Part shown: piece after piece, positions 1 through 12,146 of the stretch | Layout: each line of letters opens with the position of its first letter | Numbering within the stretch: the first letter of the stretch is position 1 | Source of the DNA: Callorhinchus milii | Taxonomy: Eukaryota | Direction of reading: 5' to 3' | DNA: 64,000 nucleotides | Assembly: GCF_018977255.1 (NCBI RefSeq) | Contig: NW_024704745.1 | Span: 51,398,001 to 51,462,000 of the forward strand | Position numbers and translations under genes: made by a program | The notes under the pieces: generated by a model | Seen by the model: only the letters and a program-made list of their open reading frames with translations | Databases searched by the model: none | Told to the model about the DNA's origin: nothing

Positions 1-3000
1 CTGGAGATCATGTGTAATAAATCCACATCACCTGTACTATGCTAATCTCAAATCTTTTAGTATCTCCATGTGCTTCAAATCTCTTGCACGGGTAGCCTTT
101 ACTCAGCCTTAACAAAGAACTGGATGGTTAATTATATACTTTTGTGGGCCCCTTGAGTTCCAAAAGCAGGAACTAATGGGTCTGTATAATGATTTGTCTT
201 TCCAAGGTACTTTCCAACCCTGTAACCAAATAAAAGTGTCCGTGAAGATGAGATACAAAATATTAATGTACTGTATTTCGCACTTTTTTAAAAAAGTTTC
301 CAATTTAAAGAGTCGCTACATAATGTTCAAGTCCCCGAACCTTTCGCAGTTTGCTGTGAAATTTACTAAAACGTAGGTTGTTCCGCTTGCTTTATATATT
401 AAATCTACTCATGTATTGATTTCTATTTTCCAAATTGCTTGCATTATTCTATCAACTGGTGTAACCGTACTTTTTAAATCCGTCCCAGCGCACAAACCTT
501 TGAGCTTATTTGATCATGAATTTGGAAAACACAGACCCGGAGTTGAAAGATTCTGGTGTAAAAGATTGAACACTCGAGTTGGGGGGAGGGCTCGAGGAGA
601 AATCCTTAAAATGTGTCAAGTGCAAACATACAGAATAAACAACGCCCGGTTTATTTGCTCGGGTGCCTCTGTGCAGACAGAAAGTATTAAAAGTGAATGG
701 TAAATTTACATTTTGATGAAATCAAGTGTCATACAAGCATTCCCGGGCAGACAATATATCGATTCTTCCGCCTCAATGCACTGTTAATGGCAAAAGGGTT
801 AATTTGCGGACTGCTGCGTGTTATCTGACGGGATGTGTTAAAACGTTTGGCGGTATTATGTGATAAATTCTAACCCCTTGGGTATCCGGTTACTCCCACA
901 CAGTGGTACTTTATGCAGCGGATGTTCCCATAAGCTCCAAATCAGACCGACTACGATTGAACATTTTCTTCGCTGGTCTGCCACTCATTAACCTCTTTCA
1001 AAAAAAGCTACCTGAAAGTCAAAGGCTCTGGCAAAATGCAATTCATTGGGACACTAACTTATTTTAGAACGTTATTTACGTTCAATATATCCTTAAGTCA
1101 CAACTTTGCAGTCCGAGGAATCCTGTAATATAGTTTCACTACATCGTCCATTGAGGGCATCACTTTTACTTGAAAATGTAAGGAAGGTTGCAATTCGCAC
1201 AATCTTCACTATAACAATACCTCTTTGATGCTGGTTAGAGGCTCTGATAATGTGGCATGTTCAATGCTTTTCATGACCAGCCTAGCATTAGGCAGCCTCA
1301 GCCAGTGGCAATTCAGTGTTTATTGCAAAAGCTCCTGTACGTTTAAGTGTACCATGAATGTTATTTGACGTATGCAGTAGTTAATTGAAACTACTAATCG
1401 TCCCCAGCAGTTGAGCATGTGTGACATACACTGAACCAAAGTATCGATCGTATTAATCACTTTGCATTAGTCCTGAACTGGTGAATGTTCGTGGTAGGTT
1501 TACTAAATCAACTATTTTGGTTTTCCAAAGATTTAANGAGGCAAAATGTCACCGGACTGTGTGTTTATCATTTTCCTGCCGTTTTTAACACCTGCAAATG
1601 GACTGTTAATAAACAAACCAGATCCCAGGGAGACATATGCTAAAAAAAATCGTTCATCTACAAAACAGTCACTACACGTTACAGTAAATCCTGTGAAGCG
1701 CTTCAAGACGTCCTCAAAAGGCACTATTTCAAATGCAAAAGTTGTTTTGTACCTTAATTCTAATCTTTGGGCCGGTTAGGTATTCCCTGCTGCGGTGGTA
1801 AAGAGAACCCGGAAACTCCGAGGAGTTTTACTGGAAGTTTCACTAACCCTCTGGAAACCTATTTAGATTGATAGAGGGCTGTTATTATTTTCCATTCATG
1901 CTAATCAGCTTCCCTTTGACCCTTATTTACTTATTTATTTATTTACGAAGCTGACGTGATTTCACAAGCGGGTCTTCGGGCAAGACATGTGAATCTGCAA
2001 ACCTTTCAGCACAGCAGCAATTTCAAAAATGGATCGGTGCCTTTAATAAAAAAAGAGAAGCCAGGACCTTTAATATGTTTAACGTGTACTTGTTAAGAAA
2101 TTAGACGTTACAATTTGGTGACATGTACGAGGTACAGGCCACTGTCTGTCAAATAAGAAAATACAGTTTATTAATAAGAAGAAATTAAGGTGAAGGCTGG
2201 TGTAAGTAACTGGAATATACTATATGCGTTGTTGGAACACAATATCACAGATTTCAAACTGTTTGTTTGCAGGCAACAACGTGGTGGGGTGAGAATGGTC
2301 ACTAATTTGGTCGCTGTTGACCAAGACACATTTGACCGATAGGCAATCGTCACAAGGTTAATGAATGCACAAACTTAAACAGGGGTAAGTAAAATGGCAC
2401 AATCTGGGAAAAATATCGGTAAATAGGTCAAACTAAATGCTATTTTGCTTTCAAAGGTCCACCACGTTAAAGAACAGTCTAAAAGTTGGAAATATCGATT
2501 CCATAATGGTCATATAACTAACGGGTATACGTACACTCCGCCACCTGCGCGTTAGGAATGCACGAGTTCATAAGATCGCATGATATGGATAAATTTGGTT
2601 TTAAGTAAATAAGTATTCTGATCGCGCGAATCGTTTTCACACAAGTCAGAGCGCAAACAAAAGACTGAAGAGAGCTGTACAGCTGGGAATTATTTCCCCA
2701 TCACCTCTTCCTGCTCACCCCAAACCCATTACGATTTCAGCATTAAAGTTTGGGAGGGGAGACAATTTCCCAAAGCAATGTGAAAGTACAGTTGTACAAT
2801 TCAATAACGAAGCAAATGCGGCTTAAAATATCGTAAGTGTGCGCCTCCACGCATGTATCATTCAAATATTCAAGCGTCCAATTTATACACCGTGCAGCAA
2901 GTTCAGCTGCTGCCAAGTAGAAATGTCACAGCCATATTGAGAATAATACAAGTCTATATGCAAACTTATCCTACACTTCATATCAGTATGAAAGTCTTTA

Positions 3001-4439
3001 TTAAAGTTCCATCCTCGGATCGGTTCGCTCGCAACGCTTTAAGGAGACGTATCTGAGGCGCGGGTTCACTTTCCCCTCAATCTTTTTTCCTCCGATTATC
3101 AGTGCCTTCTCCCTGAGCTCATATGGAGCCGGCCACTGTTGTCTAGACCGATCGATCACTTAGACAGAGACATACAATACGGTCAAAACCCTTCAGTCAG
3201 GCAGTGCTGGTAGTTGTCACAAGGATACATGTCACCTTCCAGGTAACCAGCTAGAACTGGAGCACCTATACATCACGTCTCCAAAACATGTTGTTCTAAA
3301 CTATAATCAGGATTTTGAACCTCTTCTGTGGAAAGAAGCGACGTTGTTTCGTGCTCATTTATATATATATATATATATTCTGCAACTCACACATCGCAAT
3401 ATCATATTAAAAGGTGCTGCTGCAATAACTCCCTTGAGAACGGCGCTTGGATATTCATCGATCTGCGAATGTAATACATGAGGCATAGCCTGCTTTGCAG
3501 TTACCCATTAGTCATCATGCTACCAGTTTGGTAAACTACAGTTGCTTGTGACTATATGGAACCGAAAAAAGCCCGGTTTACAGAAAGCATTTGACCTCCT
3601 CCCCGATTCAGAATCAGACCAGTTACGTTATCCACTCACAGCTGTATTTGCGCGAATGGGTGAAATGATTGAAAAAAAAACTTAAGTTTTCCGTTACAAT
3701 GTTGTACCAGCGTTGTTCTTTTAAAAAGGCAACGTATAAGTAAAACGGATTAAAACCTCTTGGTTTACCCCTTCTGGTGTCACAAGCGGAATCCAATGGC
3801 GACATCATAAGCAATCGCGGGGGAGGGAGGGAGGGAGGGGTAGGATTTGGTTGCCTGGTTCGGCTTTGCACGAATCTCGTAAGCGCTGAAAATGATCCGT
3901 GTTCCTTTGTATGACAGAAGTGGGGCGAGAGGGAAAATTGCGAGGCGGCCAGTTGTTCCGCATTAATGGTGTGGGCAGATATTTTACAATCCTTTTTGCA
4001 CTTTGTAAAAAAAAAGTGAACATTTCGGGCTTGGGAGTCCGTAATCTTACCATATCAGCCAAGAGTCGACCCTGCCTGACCCGTCTTTTTCAGTAACGCA
4101 GAACAGATCGGCTCTTACACTAAATCGCGGAGCAGAAGTTGAGCACGAAACCACGATGATCGCGCTCCGAGAGCTTGGAGTCCCCTAAACTTGTCCTCGG
4201 CAGTCAGTCATACGGAGCACACAAACCCCCATCTTCCAGCTGACTTGTGCCTAACGACTTTTTTTTCCTACTCCAAAACACACTGTTTCTTAAAACCGAA
4301 ATGTAATTAAAGACCACACACTTGGAGGCAAAAAAAAGTCGACACCCAGTCTCCGCGCACCGACAGCAATCAAAGCTGTCCTTCTAACTGGAAAAGCCCC
4401 GTCTACAACTACCTCTTTCACAAAATAAAAGCCTCTTAC

Positions 4440-4515
4440 CTGATCCCAACCGTTGCACGTAAAATAACCAGAGTAATACTTCCGCTTGTAATCTCTTGAT
4501 CTGATTTTTTTTCAT
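4440..4515 (-). CDS. Candidate first coding exon encoding a signal-peptide-like N-terminus; gene not identified and would continue leftward
   Basis: ATG at 4515 reads MKKNQIKRLQAEVLLWLFYVQRLGS plus 1 nt (76 nt, phase 1) and ends at a consensus donor CAG|GTAAGA. Basic N-region, short hydrophobic core, located in a CpG island. I did not find a downstream exon. Confidence 0.5.
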
Positions 4516-4791
4516 CCACGTGCCCTAATGTGTTTTTTTTTAAATCGCCAAGAAAGAGAGCGATGTCTATTCTCTGATGGCAAAAAAAAATGCGCGACAG
4601 ACAAGACCCACAAAAAGTCTCTCTCGGTATTTCTTGCCAGAAAAAAAAGATGTTCTTTTTTTTAATATATTAAAAAAAAGTCAAGGAAACGTCCTCTCGC
4701 TAAGCTGGGATGTCCGTTTCTGTGCCCACAACTGGTTGTCCGGTGTTGACTCGGCGCCGCGGGAGCTCCGTGCGGTTCCTCGATGGGGATT

Positions 4792-4863
4792 TCAGTGGAA
4801 ATGTTCACTGTACAGGTGGCGATCGGCTGCGATCCTTTGGCACGGAACACTTCCCAGCGCCAT
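4792..4863 (-). other. Putative upstream ORF (23 aa) in the 5' leader
   Basis: GCCAACATGG Kozak context; MALGSVPCQRIAADRHLYSEHFH then TGA, ending ~280 nt before the candidate main ATG. Confidence 0.3.
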
Positions 4864-5087
4864 GTTGGCTTCTCACCATAATCACAGCGTCCAAACGAGC
4901 CAGGAGCCGGGCTTTCCGCCCCACATATTTTCCCAACTTGTCCAGCCCTGAAAATCCTGCCTATTTCAGTGTCCGGGGAGGGGTGGGCGGGGGAGAGGGA
5001 GGGAGATCGAGAGCCTGCTGCGGGCGGATCGCTGGAGCAGACGTGATTCCGCGTCTGCAAAGTGAGATTTTTTAAAAATTTCCCATC

Positions 5088-5288
5088 CAGCCCTCAGCGC
5101 ACAGCGCACAGCCCTCAGCACATAGCGCACAGCCCTCAGCACATAGCGCACAGCCCTCAGCACATAGCGCACAGCCCTCAGCACATAGTGCAACAGCCGT
5201 CAGCGCACAGCCCTCAGCACATCGCGCACAGCGCACAGCCCTCAGCACATCGCGCACAGCGCACAGCCCTCAGCACATCGCGCACAGC
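5088..5288. repeat. 21-bp tandem repeat (CAGCCCTCAGCACATAGCGCA) with 28-bp variant units, followed by (CT)n(GT)n to ~5321
   Basis: Directly visible; it explains the HSPQHIA, YVLRAVR and ALCAEGC periodic ORFs. Confidence 0.97.
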
Positions 5289-5290
5289 TC

Positions 5291-5321
<31 letters not shown>

Positions 5322-7054
5322 ACTGAGTAACTCTCTTTACCCAGAAGGCCAGTCGTTAACTACAATTACCATAAACACCAACCTCCAGCCAGACACCGAA
5401 ATCTCAAACCCACAATCAATTTAAAGGCGCTTACAGCACAAGCCACCGCAACCCATTGTCACACACCACCAAGGAAATATTTATCGGGTTTGGGGGATTT
5501 CTCTTGTCTCTCGGCGATAACATTGTGTAAAAAAAATCACACATCACAGTGCAAACGACGAATCGCGTGAGTTGTAAACACCAACGGTTCAATAAAAGTT
5601 TCTCTTGGGCGTTTGATTCGGTCCCTCCCTGAAGTTTCACGAGTTATCGATCTATCCCGTGAGAACCACAACATTTATACACACACACACACACATATAT
5701 ATATAAATACAGACAGTGCAACATATACATACAATATCCACACTTTTAACTCAAATTATACCCCTCCCCCTGTTATCTCAAACTGCTGCCTCAGCTCTCG
5801 TTGTGCAAGGATCGTTTCCTTGCTTACTTTTACTTGGATTTTCCACCAATTAACATTTTTAAATGATGTATACGACTACAATAGTGGCACTCTTTTCCAC
5901 GCATCCATGTTTTAGTGTCCAACCCGGAAAGCATTTATCTGATAAGCATAAAATCACTAGTCTTCACATTTCATGTAATTTTACACCCAAACTCAAGAAG
6001 CGAATTAAGAATAAAGCGGATGATTAGATTTTTCTATCGTAAATTTGCAGTTACTGAGGTCAACTGTATTCCGTATATATCGTATTAATAGTCGTCAAAC
6101 TAAATTTCGAACATATCATAAATATACTAATTCAGTTTAAATCCCGACAGTTCTTTGTCAATCCTCAAATGTAACTGAATGTAGTTTGGGAACGTACAGT
6201 ATATTTGGGTTGTTTTTTTAAAATAAATAACACCCATAACTGATGCACCTTCTGAAATAAAAAAAAATCTGAAGGTCTGAATAGGTCCATTTGAAAATTA
6301 CAAGTATGGTGCAAATATGAGACATGTGTAATTCATCGTTTCCCCGGGATGCAAAGTTTCTACAGGCAATAAAACTGCAGACACGAATGGTAATGGAAGG
6401 TATAATCACGGCGCTGATAATCGGTTTAGTTGGTGTGTCTGTGCAGAGCCACAGAAGCGCTTCCTCTGCCAATCTCCCGGGAGCTGACCCGGAGGTCAGG
6501 CCGCTGTGCGCTCCTCTCGGCGCGGGAAACCTTTCACAGTCTCACACATAAACACAATTACCATTCACTCACGCAATCACACTGTACGCAAATTCGCAAA
6601 CACGTATAAAGCCACCCACAGCTTCACCGTTACAAATAGTCATTTTTGTTCGTCACACTCAGGTACACATTCGTCCTCTGCCCTTTCTCGTCCTCAACAG
6701 TCTCGTTCTGCTTTCCTGCACATAAACACGGTCTCTCCCTCGCACTCAGCCTTGCGCCCCGTCACACTGACACACATTCAGTCCGCGTCCCTTTCACACT
6801 CAGGCCAACATTTGCTCTCTGTCACATTCGTTCTTTCTCTGTCACACTCAGGTTTATATTGACCCTCTCTCCTTGCGGCATTCAGACACGCTCATTCTCT
6901 TTCCCTCTCACATTCACAATCTAATTCTACAGAAAGAGAATACGTTATGAGAATGAAACACACTCATTCTCCTCCTCTGTCACATACAGACGCGTTCATC
7001 CTATCTCCTTGTCACACTCAGGCACACACATTCTCCCCCCCCCATCATACTCGT

Positions 7055-8295
7055 CACACACACACACTTGCCCCTCACACTGAGGTGTATATACACACAC
7101 ACACACTTGCCCCTCACACTGAGGTGTATACACACACACACTTGCCCCTCACACTGAGGTGTATACACACACACACTTGCCCCTCACACTGAGGTGTATA
7201 TACACACACACACACTTGCCCCTCACACTGAGGTGTATACACACACACACACACTTGCCCCTCACACTGAGGTGTATACACACACACACACTTGCCCCTC
7301 ACACTGAGGTGTATACACACACTTGCCCCTCACACTGAGGTGTATACAGACACACACACACACTTGCCCCTCACACTGAGGTGTATACACACACACACTT
7401 GCCCCTCACACTGAGTACACACACACACACACACACTTGCCCCTCACACTGAGTACACACACACACACTTGCCCCTCACACTGAGTACACACACACACAC
7501 TTGCCCCTCACACTGAGGTGTATACACACACACACACACTTGCCCCTCACACTGAGGTGTATACACACACACACTTGCCCCTCACACTGAGTACACACAC
7601 ACACACTTGCCCCTCACACTGACGTATACACACTGTTCCCCCTCACACTGACGTATACACACACAGAGGTACACCTACACACACACTTGCCCCTCACACT
7701 GAGTACACACACACACACTTGCCCCTCACACTGACGTATACACACTGTTCCCCCTCACACTGACGTATACACACACAGAGGTACACCTACACACACACTT
7801 CCCCCTCACACTGAGATACACACACACACACTCCTCCCTCACACTGAGGTACACACACACACACACTTCCCCCTCACACATGTACATACACACTTCCCCG
7901 TCACACTGACGTATGCATACACTTCCCCCTCACACTGACGTATACACACTATTCCCCCTCACACTGACGTATACACACACTGAGGTACACACACACACAC
8001 ACCCCTCACACTGAGGTACACACACACACTTCCCCCTCACATTGAGGTACACACACACACTTCCCCCTCACATTGAGGTACACACACACACTTCCCCCTC
8101 ACATTGAGGTACACACACACACTTCCATTCACACTGAGGTACACACACACACTTCCTCCTCACACTGAGGTACACACACACACTTCCAGTCACACTGAGG
8201 TACACACACACACTTCCAGTCACACTGAGGTACACACACACACACTTCCAGTCACACTGATGTACACACACACACACTTCCAGTCACACGGAGGT
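7055..8295. repeat. Minisatellite with ~30-38 bp unit CTTGCCCCTCACACTGAGGTGTATA(CA)n
   Basis: Dozens of tandem units visible, with a variable CA tract and a core that changes progressively. Confidence 0.98.
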
Positions 8296-9334
8296 ATGAA
8301 CAAAGACGTATTAATTCTCTTTCTCTGTCACATTCTAACATGCATTTTATTTCCCTCTCACCCTCAGGGCAACACTGATAGCCACCCCCCTACGCAGTCG
8401 CTTTCTGTGACTCACACACACACACACACACGCACTCTCTTTCCCTCTCGCACTTCGAAGCACAGAACATCATCTTTCCCTCTCACTTTCAGACACACAC
8501 ACACTGTCCTTTCCCTCACTGGCGCAGTGACATCCGCTCACACACACAGCGGTTGTTTCTCAGACGGCGCTGCGCTGACAGAATCGGACTACTTTATTTT
8601 TTTTCTGCAAACAGCAGCGGAAACGGAGTGTGGTGGGGCTGAGGCTTCATTTCAGTTCGTGATACTCGCAGGGTTTGCACAATGCCACAAGGGAGCTGGC
8701 TTGTTAATTCAGAAAGTCACATTTTCCGCGCTTTTCTCACGACTTTATGAGCGAATCTATTCACAGGAACACGTTACTCCTGCTAAATGCCCTTTCCAAC
8801 GATCGCAGCGTTTAAAATCAACCAACCAGCGAGTGAGCTTTGAAAACTGGCCTAATTTTAGATGAGAGTCGTCACAGAAAAACACTTTTTTTGCACGTCA
8901 ATAACTTGAGGAAATAAAGCTGATCGGGATAGCCACTCCGGACATTCAAACAACGCACCATCTCAATGAGAAGGAACGCAGCAACTCGAACAGGGTGCCG
9001 AGGGTTTTTTTTTAATTTAATAAGTACCAACATCAATTCAACTCATCATTGGCCTTTTAAAGTCTCCTTTCTCGAAGGAATTACCCAGGTTGGATTTTTA
9101 AAAATCGCTAATCGTAGCTGCATTATTTCCACCCAACGCATAACTTGATAGATCTTTTTTGAGTCCCACTGATGGAAGTGATTAGATTCCAGGTGTCCAG
9201 GATATTGATAAAGAGTTAATGTTGGCGTCCCACCTGACCTATCACCCCATCCCCACAAAGCAACCACAACCCATGAGGTAGTTGCCATCAGAGAGATTAG
9301 ACACAACATGGGAAATGTTCACTTGTGGCCACAG

Positions 9335-9780
9335 TATAATCATAATCCTAGGGCTTCATAGGATATACTGTAAAGTGGATTAACTGTACATTTATGGGTG
9401 AAATGCAGTAGCACCCAGATTGCGCACAGCAATGTCACACAGACAGACATGGAGTGAGTGATCAATTTCATTCGGGGAATTGTTGACCAGGACACGGGAG
9501 ACCCCCCCCCCCACCCCCCCCCACACCCCCTTTTCTCGTTTCGAATAGTGCCATGGGATCTTAACTTCCACCTGAACAGGCGGAGGGCACCTCGGTTTAG
9601 TAACTCATCCCTAGGTTTAACGTCTTATCGGAAGGACAGCACCTCCTAAAATGCAGCCCCCCCCCAGCCCTGCATGGCTGTGTCATCTTAGCCTTAGACT
9701 GTGTGATTCCAAGTGACTACGTGCGGCTTGTAACCCACAACCTCCTGACTCAGAGGGGAGAGTGGCTGTGGCAGGCTGAC
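9335..9780 (-). mobile_element. Deu-domain SINE (SacSINE1/AmnSINE1-like superfamily), near full length, diverged
   Basis: GAATAGTGCCATGGGATCTT...CCTCGGTTT...AAGGACAGCACCTCC is the reverse complement of the Deu core; tRNA-like head remnant near 9730-9780; shared SINE tail near 9350-9440. Confidence 0.8.
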
Positions 9781-11829
9781 ACACAAAGGGTTGTTTTGTA
9801 AGTACTATGAAGTATTATTTTCTGTAAGAATAATTGCCCGGTTGGAGGTGTTCTTTGGCGTGAATATATGTTAGCGTGTGGCGACTGCAGGACGCTTGAC
9901 TTTTCCCGAATCTTTTCCTTGTGCTCCGTGCATTGTGCTCTGGGGCGTTTGCACCATGATGTGTCAAGCTGCTCAGGGCAGGGCAGGGCAGGGCAGGCGG
10001 TGGGGTGGTGCTGCACAACTTCCAAGATCAAACCAATTCTGCTTGCGATACCGAATGTTTCTTAGCGGAAGAAGTAAAACGAGATCTAATGCTCTGTTGT
10101 TTGACGCCCCCAAAATCTTCTCGAAGCGTTAGTTTCATATCCCAGGGAACCGCATTTTCGTCTTTCGAAATGAGCGCTGAGGAAATCTAACCATCTTAAC
10201 GTCAGGTTACTTTCATTCGTCTTTTCTGCTAACTCCCACACAGGAAACTTGTCTTAAAACAGAAAAAAAAATCCCCGATTCCGCCATAGATATTCTGTTA
10301 TCTTTTTCTTACAGGACTGTTACTAGTTCGGCTTGTTTCCACATTCTTTGTTTTGCAATGCCATCATTTAAAGAAACCGTAGCAACGCATTTCCATGGTT
10401 ACTTTTTTTTTAAAAAAGGACGATCTGTGCATAAGGCAACCGTTAATAATGAGATTTGTGTAATTGGATATACATTTCGAATTTTAATTATTCAATGAGA
10501 TTAAATGCTTTTTTTTTGAATGGAATGGGACTGCCAGGGTGAGATCCCTGGCGTGAAGTGCGCCACCTGTCTGGGTGAGAAAGTCCAGGCTCCGCCACAA
10601 ACCAGCACAGGCACTTTCTAAGACAAAGATGGCGAAAGCTCCCTTCCCCCACCCACCCACCCACCCACCATTCTGTGCCACTTCCTCGAGCCGACCAGTG
10701 CTGGGCTTTACTGTTGTCTCCAGCTCCAATCTCAAGCTTATTACCAAAGATTGTAACGCCTCTTTCCAAACAGACGCAGGAAACCAGCAATCAGCTGCAC
10801 TAAAAGAAAAGGCCGAAGCAAACCAGCAAAGCGCTCACTACTGCACACCTTCCACTCGCACCACCCACACGCCTCGTCGGGGCATATAAAAGCTTTCGCA
10901 AGAGCATTTACAAACATGAGGGTTTTTTTTATTATTATTTTAAAGCCGCGGCAGGAACACGATCGTTAAAATGCTGCAACTTGCGCTTTGTTCACCGGGA
11001 AACAGCAGGAGATCGGGAGAGAGAAAGAGAGAGAGAGAGAGAGGGGGGTCGTTTAGTTTTCATTTTATGGAGACTCGTTCTTTCATAACAATCCGAAGTC
11101 AGATATTGCTACACGTGCAGCTTTTGTCTGCATTTTCACTGTAGTTCGCGAAAATATAGGATTAGATTCAATAGAGAGAATAACTGGGCTCACAGGCGAT
11201 CAAAGTGTTAAAAAAAAGATTGGCCGATCATCATTGCATTGGCATCGACTGCAGTACATAATCGTCCAACCCCTAAGCGGTGTTGCTACACGTAACACTG
11301 GGAATTAGGAGTTACCCCGTGTCCTTTGTACCACACTTCAACGCTGCGCAACCTGTCATTCCTGCCCAGAGTCAAACCCAAGTCAGCCAAGGATCCCCCT
11401 CCGCCTGCCCGACTCTCTTCACACAGGAACACCACTCCTTACTTCAAGACGAGTACAATGAACAACACAGCTCCCGTGGATAGTGGGCAGTAACTTTAAA
11501 ATCGGTATTTCCCGCAATGCGAGCCAGTATGCACACACACGCACGCACTGCCGACAAAGAAACAACACACTCTTTCTGGTGTCAAGTTTCAAACCTTATT
11601 AGAGTTGCTCCACAATACGGCCCTTTTTAAACACAAGGAGGTTAAACAGTGCACATCATTTAACACGTGGCTCAGGCGTGCACTGTAAACGCTACAAAAC
11701 GGAATCATCTCTAACAATCAATCTTTGAACAGGAAATACTTCACACGGTGATGCGTTTCACATACTGCATACTACAACGTGTCTGTATATTTCGTAAATG
11801 GATATCAACACAATATGCATATACTCATT

Positions 11830-12146
11830 TTCAGATGTTAAACCGAGGTCCAGCCTGCCTGTCCTCATGTGAACTTTAAAGATCCCATTATTGTAAAACA
11901 CAAGGGAGATTCTCCTACTACCCTACAGATAATGAAGGAACGCTTCGGTCATCTCAGCGCCAATTAATTTTCTTCACAATCCAGATATAATTGATCATTC
12001 ACTTTATGGCTGCTTTTGGAACACTGACGTGTGCAAATTGCCTACAAATACACAGTCACTGCACTTCACCGTAAAATCCTGTGAAGCTTTTTGGGACTTC
12101 TCCATGACATGGTAAGGCGCTTTGTCAAATGCAACAATCATTATTA
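11830..12146 (+). mobile_element. Deu-domain SINE, 5'-truncated, with L2-type tail
   Basis: TTCAGATGTTAAACCGAGG...AAAGATCCCAT core; ends AAGGCGCTTTGTCAAATGCAACAATCATTATTAT. Confidence 0.75.

Larger units (their letters stand above)
3600..6650. promoter_or_regulatory. CpG island / putative promoter of the minus-strand gene
   Basis: Dense CpG and GC-rich sequence, GC-box-like GGGTGGGCGGGG at ~4981-4992, YY1-like AACATGGCG on the minus strand at ~4858-4866, no interspersed repeats seen. Confidence 0.65.

Noticed and set aside
1537-1537. Single N bases (also at 16792 and 61854)
   Set aside because: Assembly ambiguities, two of them next to homopolymer runs; not biology.
4051-4288. Possible second exon ending ATG|GTAAG
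   Set aside because: Splicing it from the 4440 donor gives an in-frame stop; no other support.
4966-5322. Periodic peptides in three frames
   Set aside because: Artefact of the 21-bp tandem repeat.
7055-8295. Regular repeat array resembling a CRISPR array
   Set aside because: The spacers are only variable CA tracts, not unique sequences; there are no cas genes and the context is vertebrate.
8104-8865. Longest ORF in the window (253 aa)
   Set aside because: It starts inside the minisatellite, is low-complexity His/Thr-rich, and has no recognisable domain.
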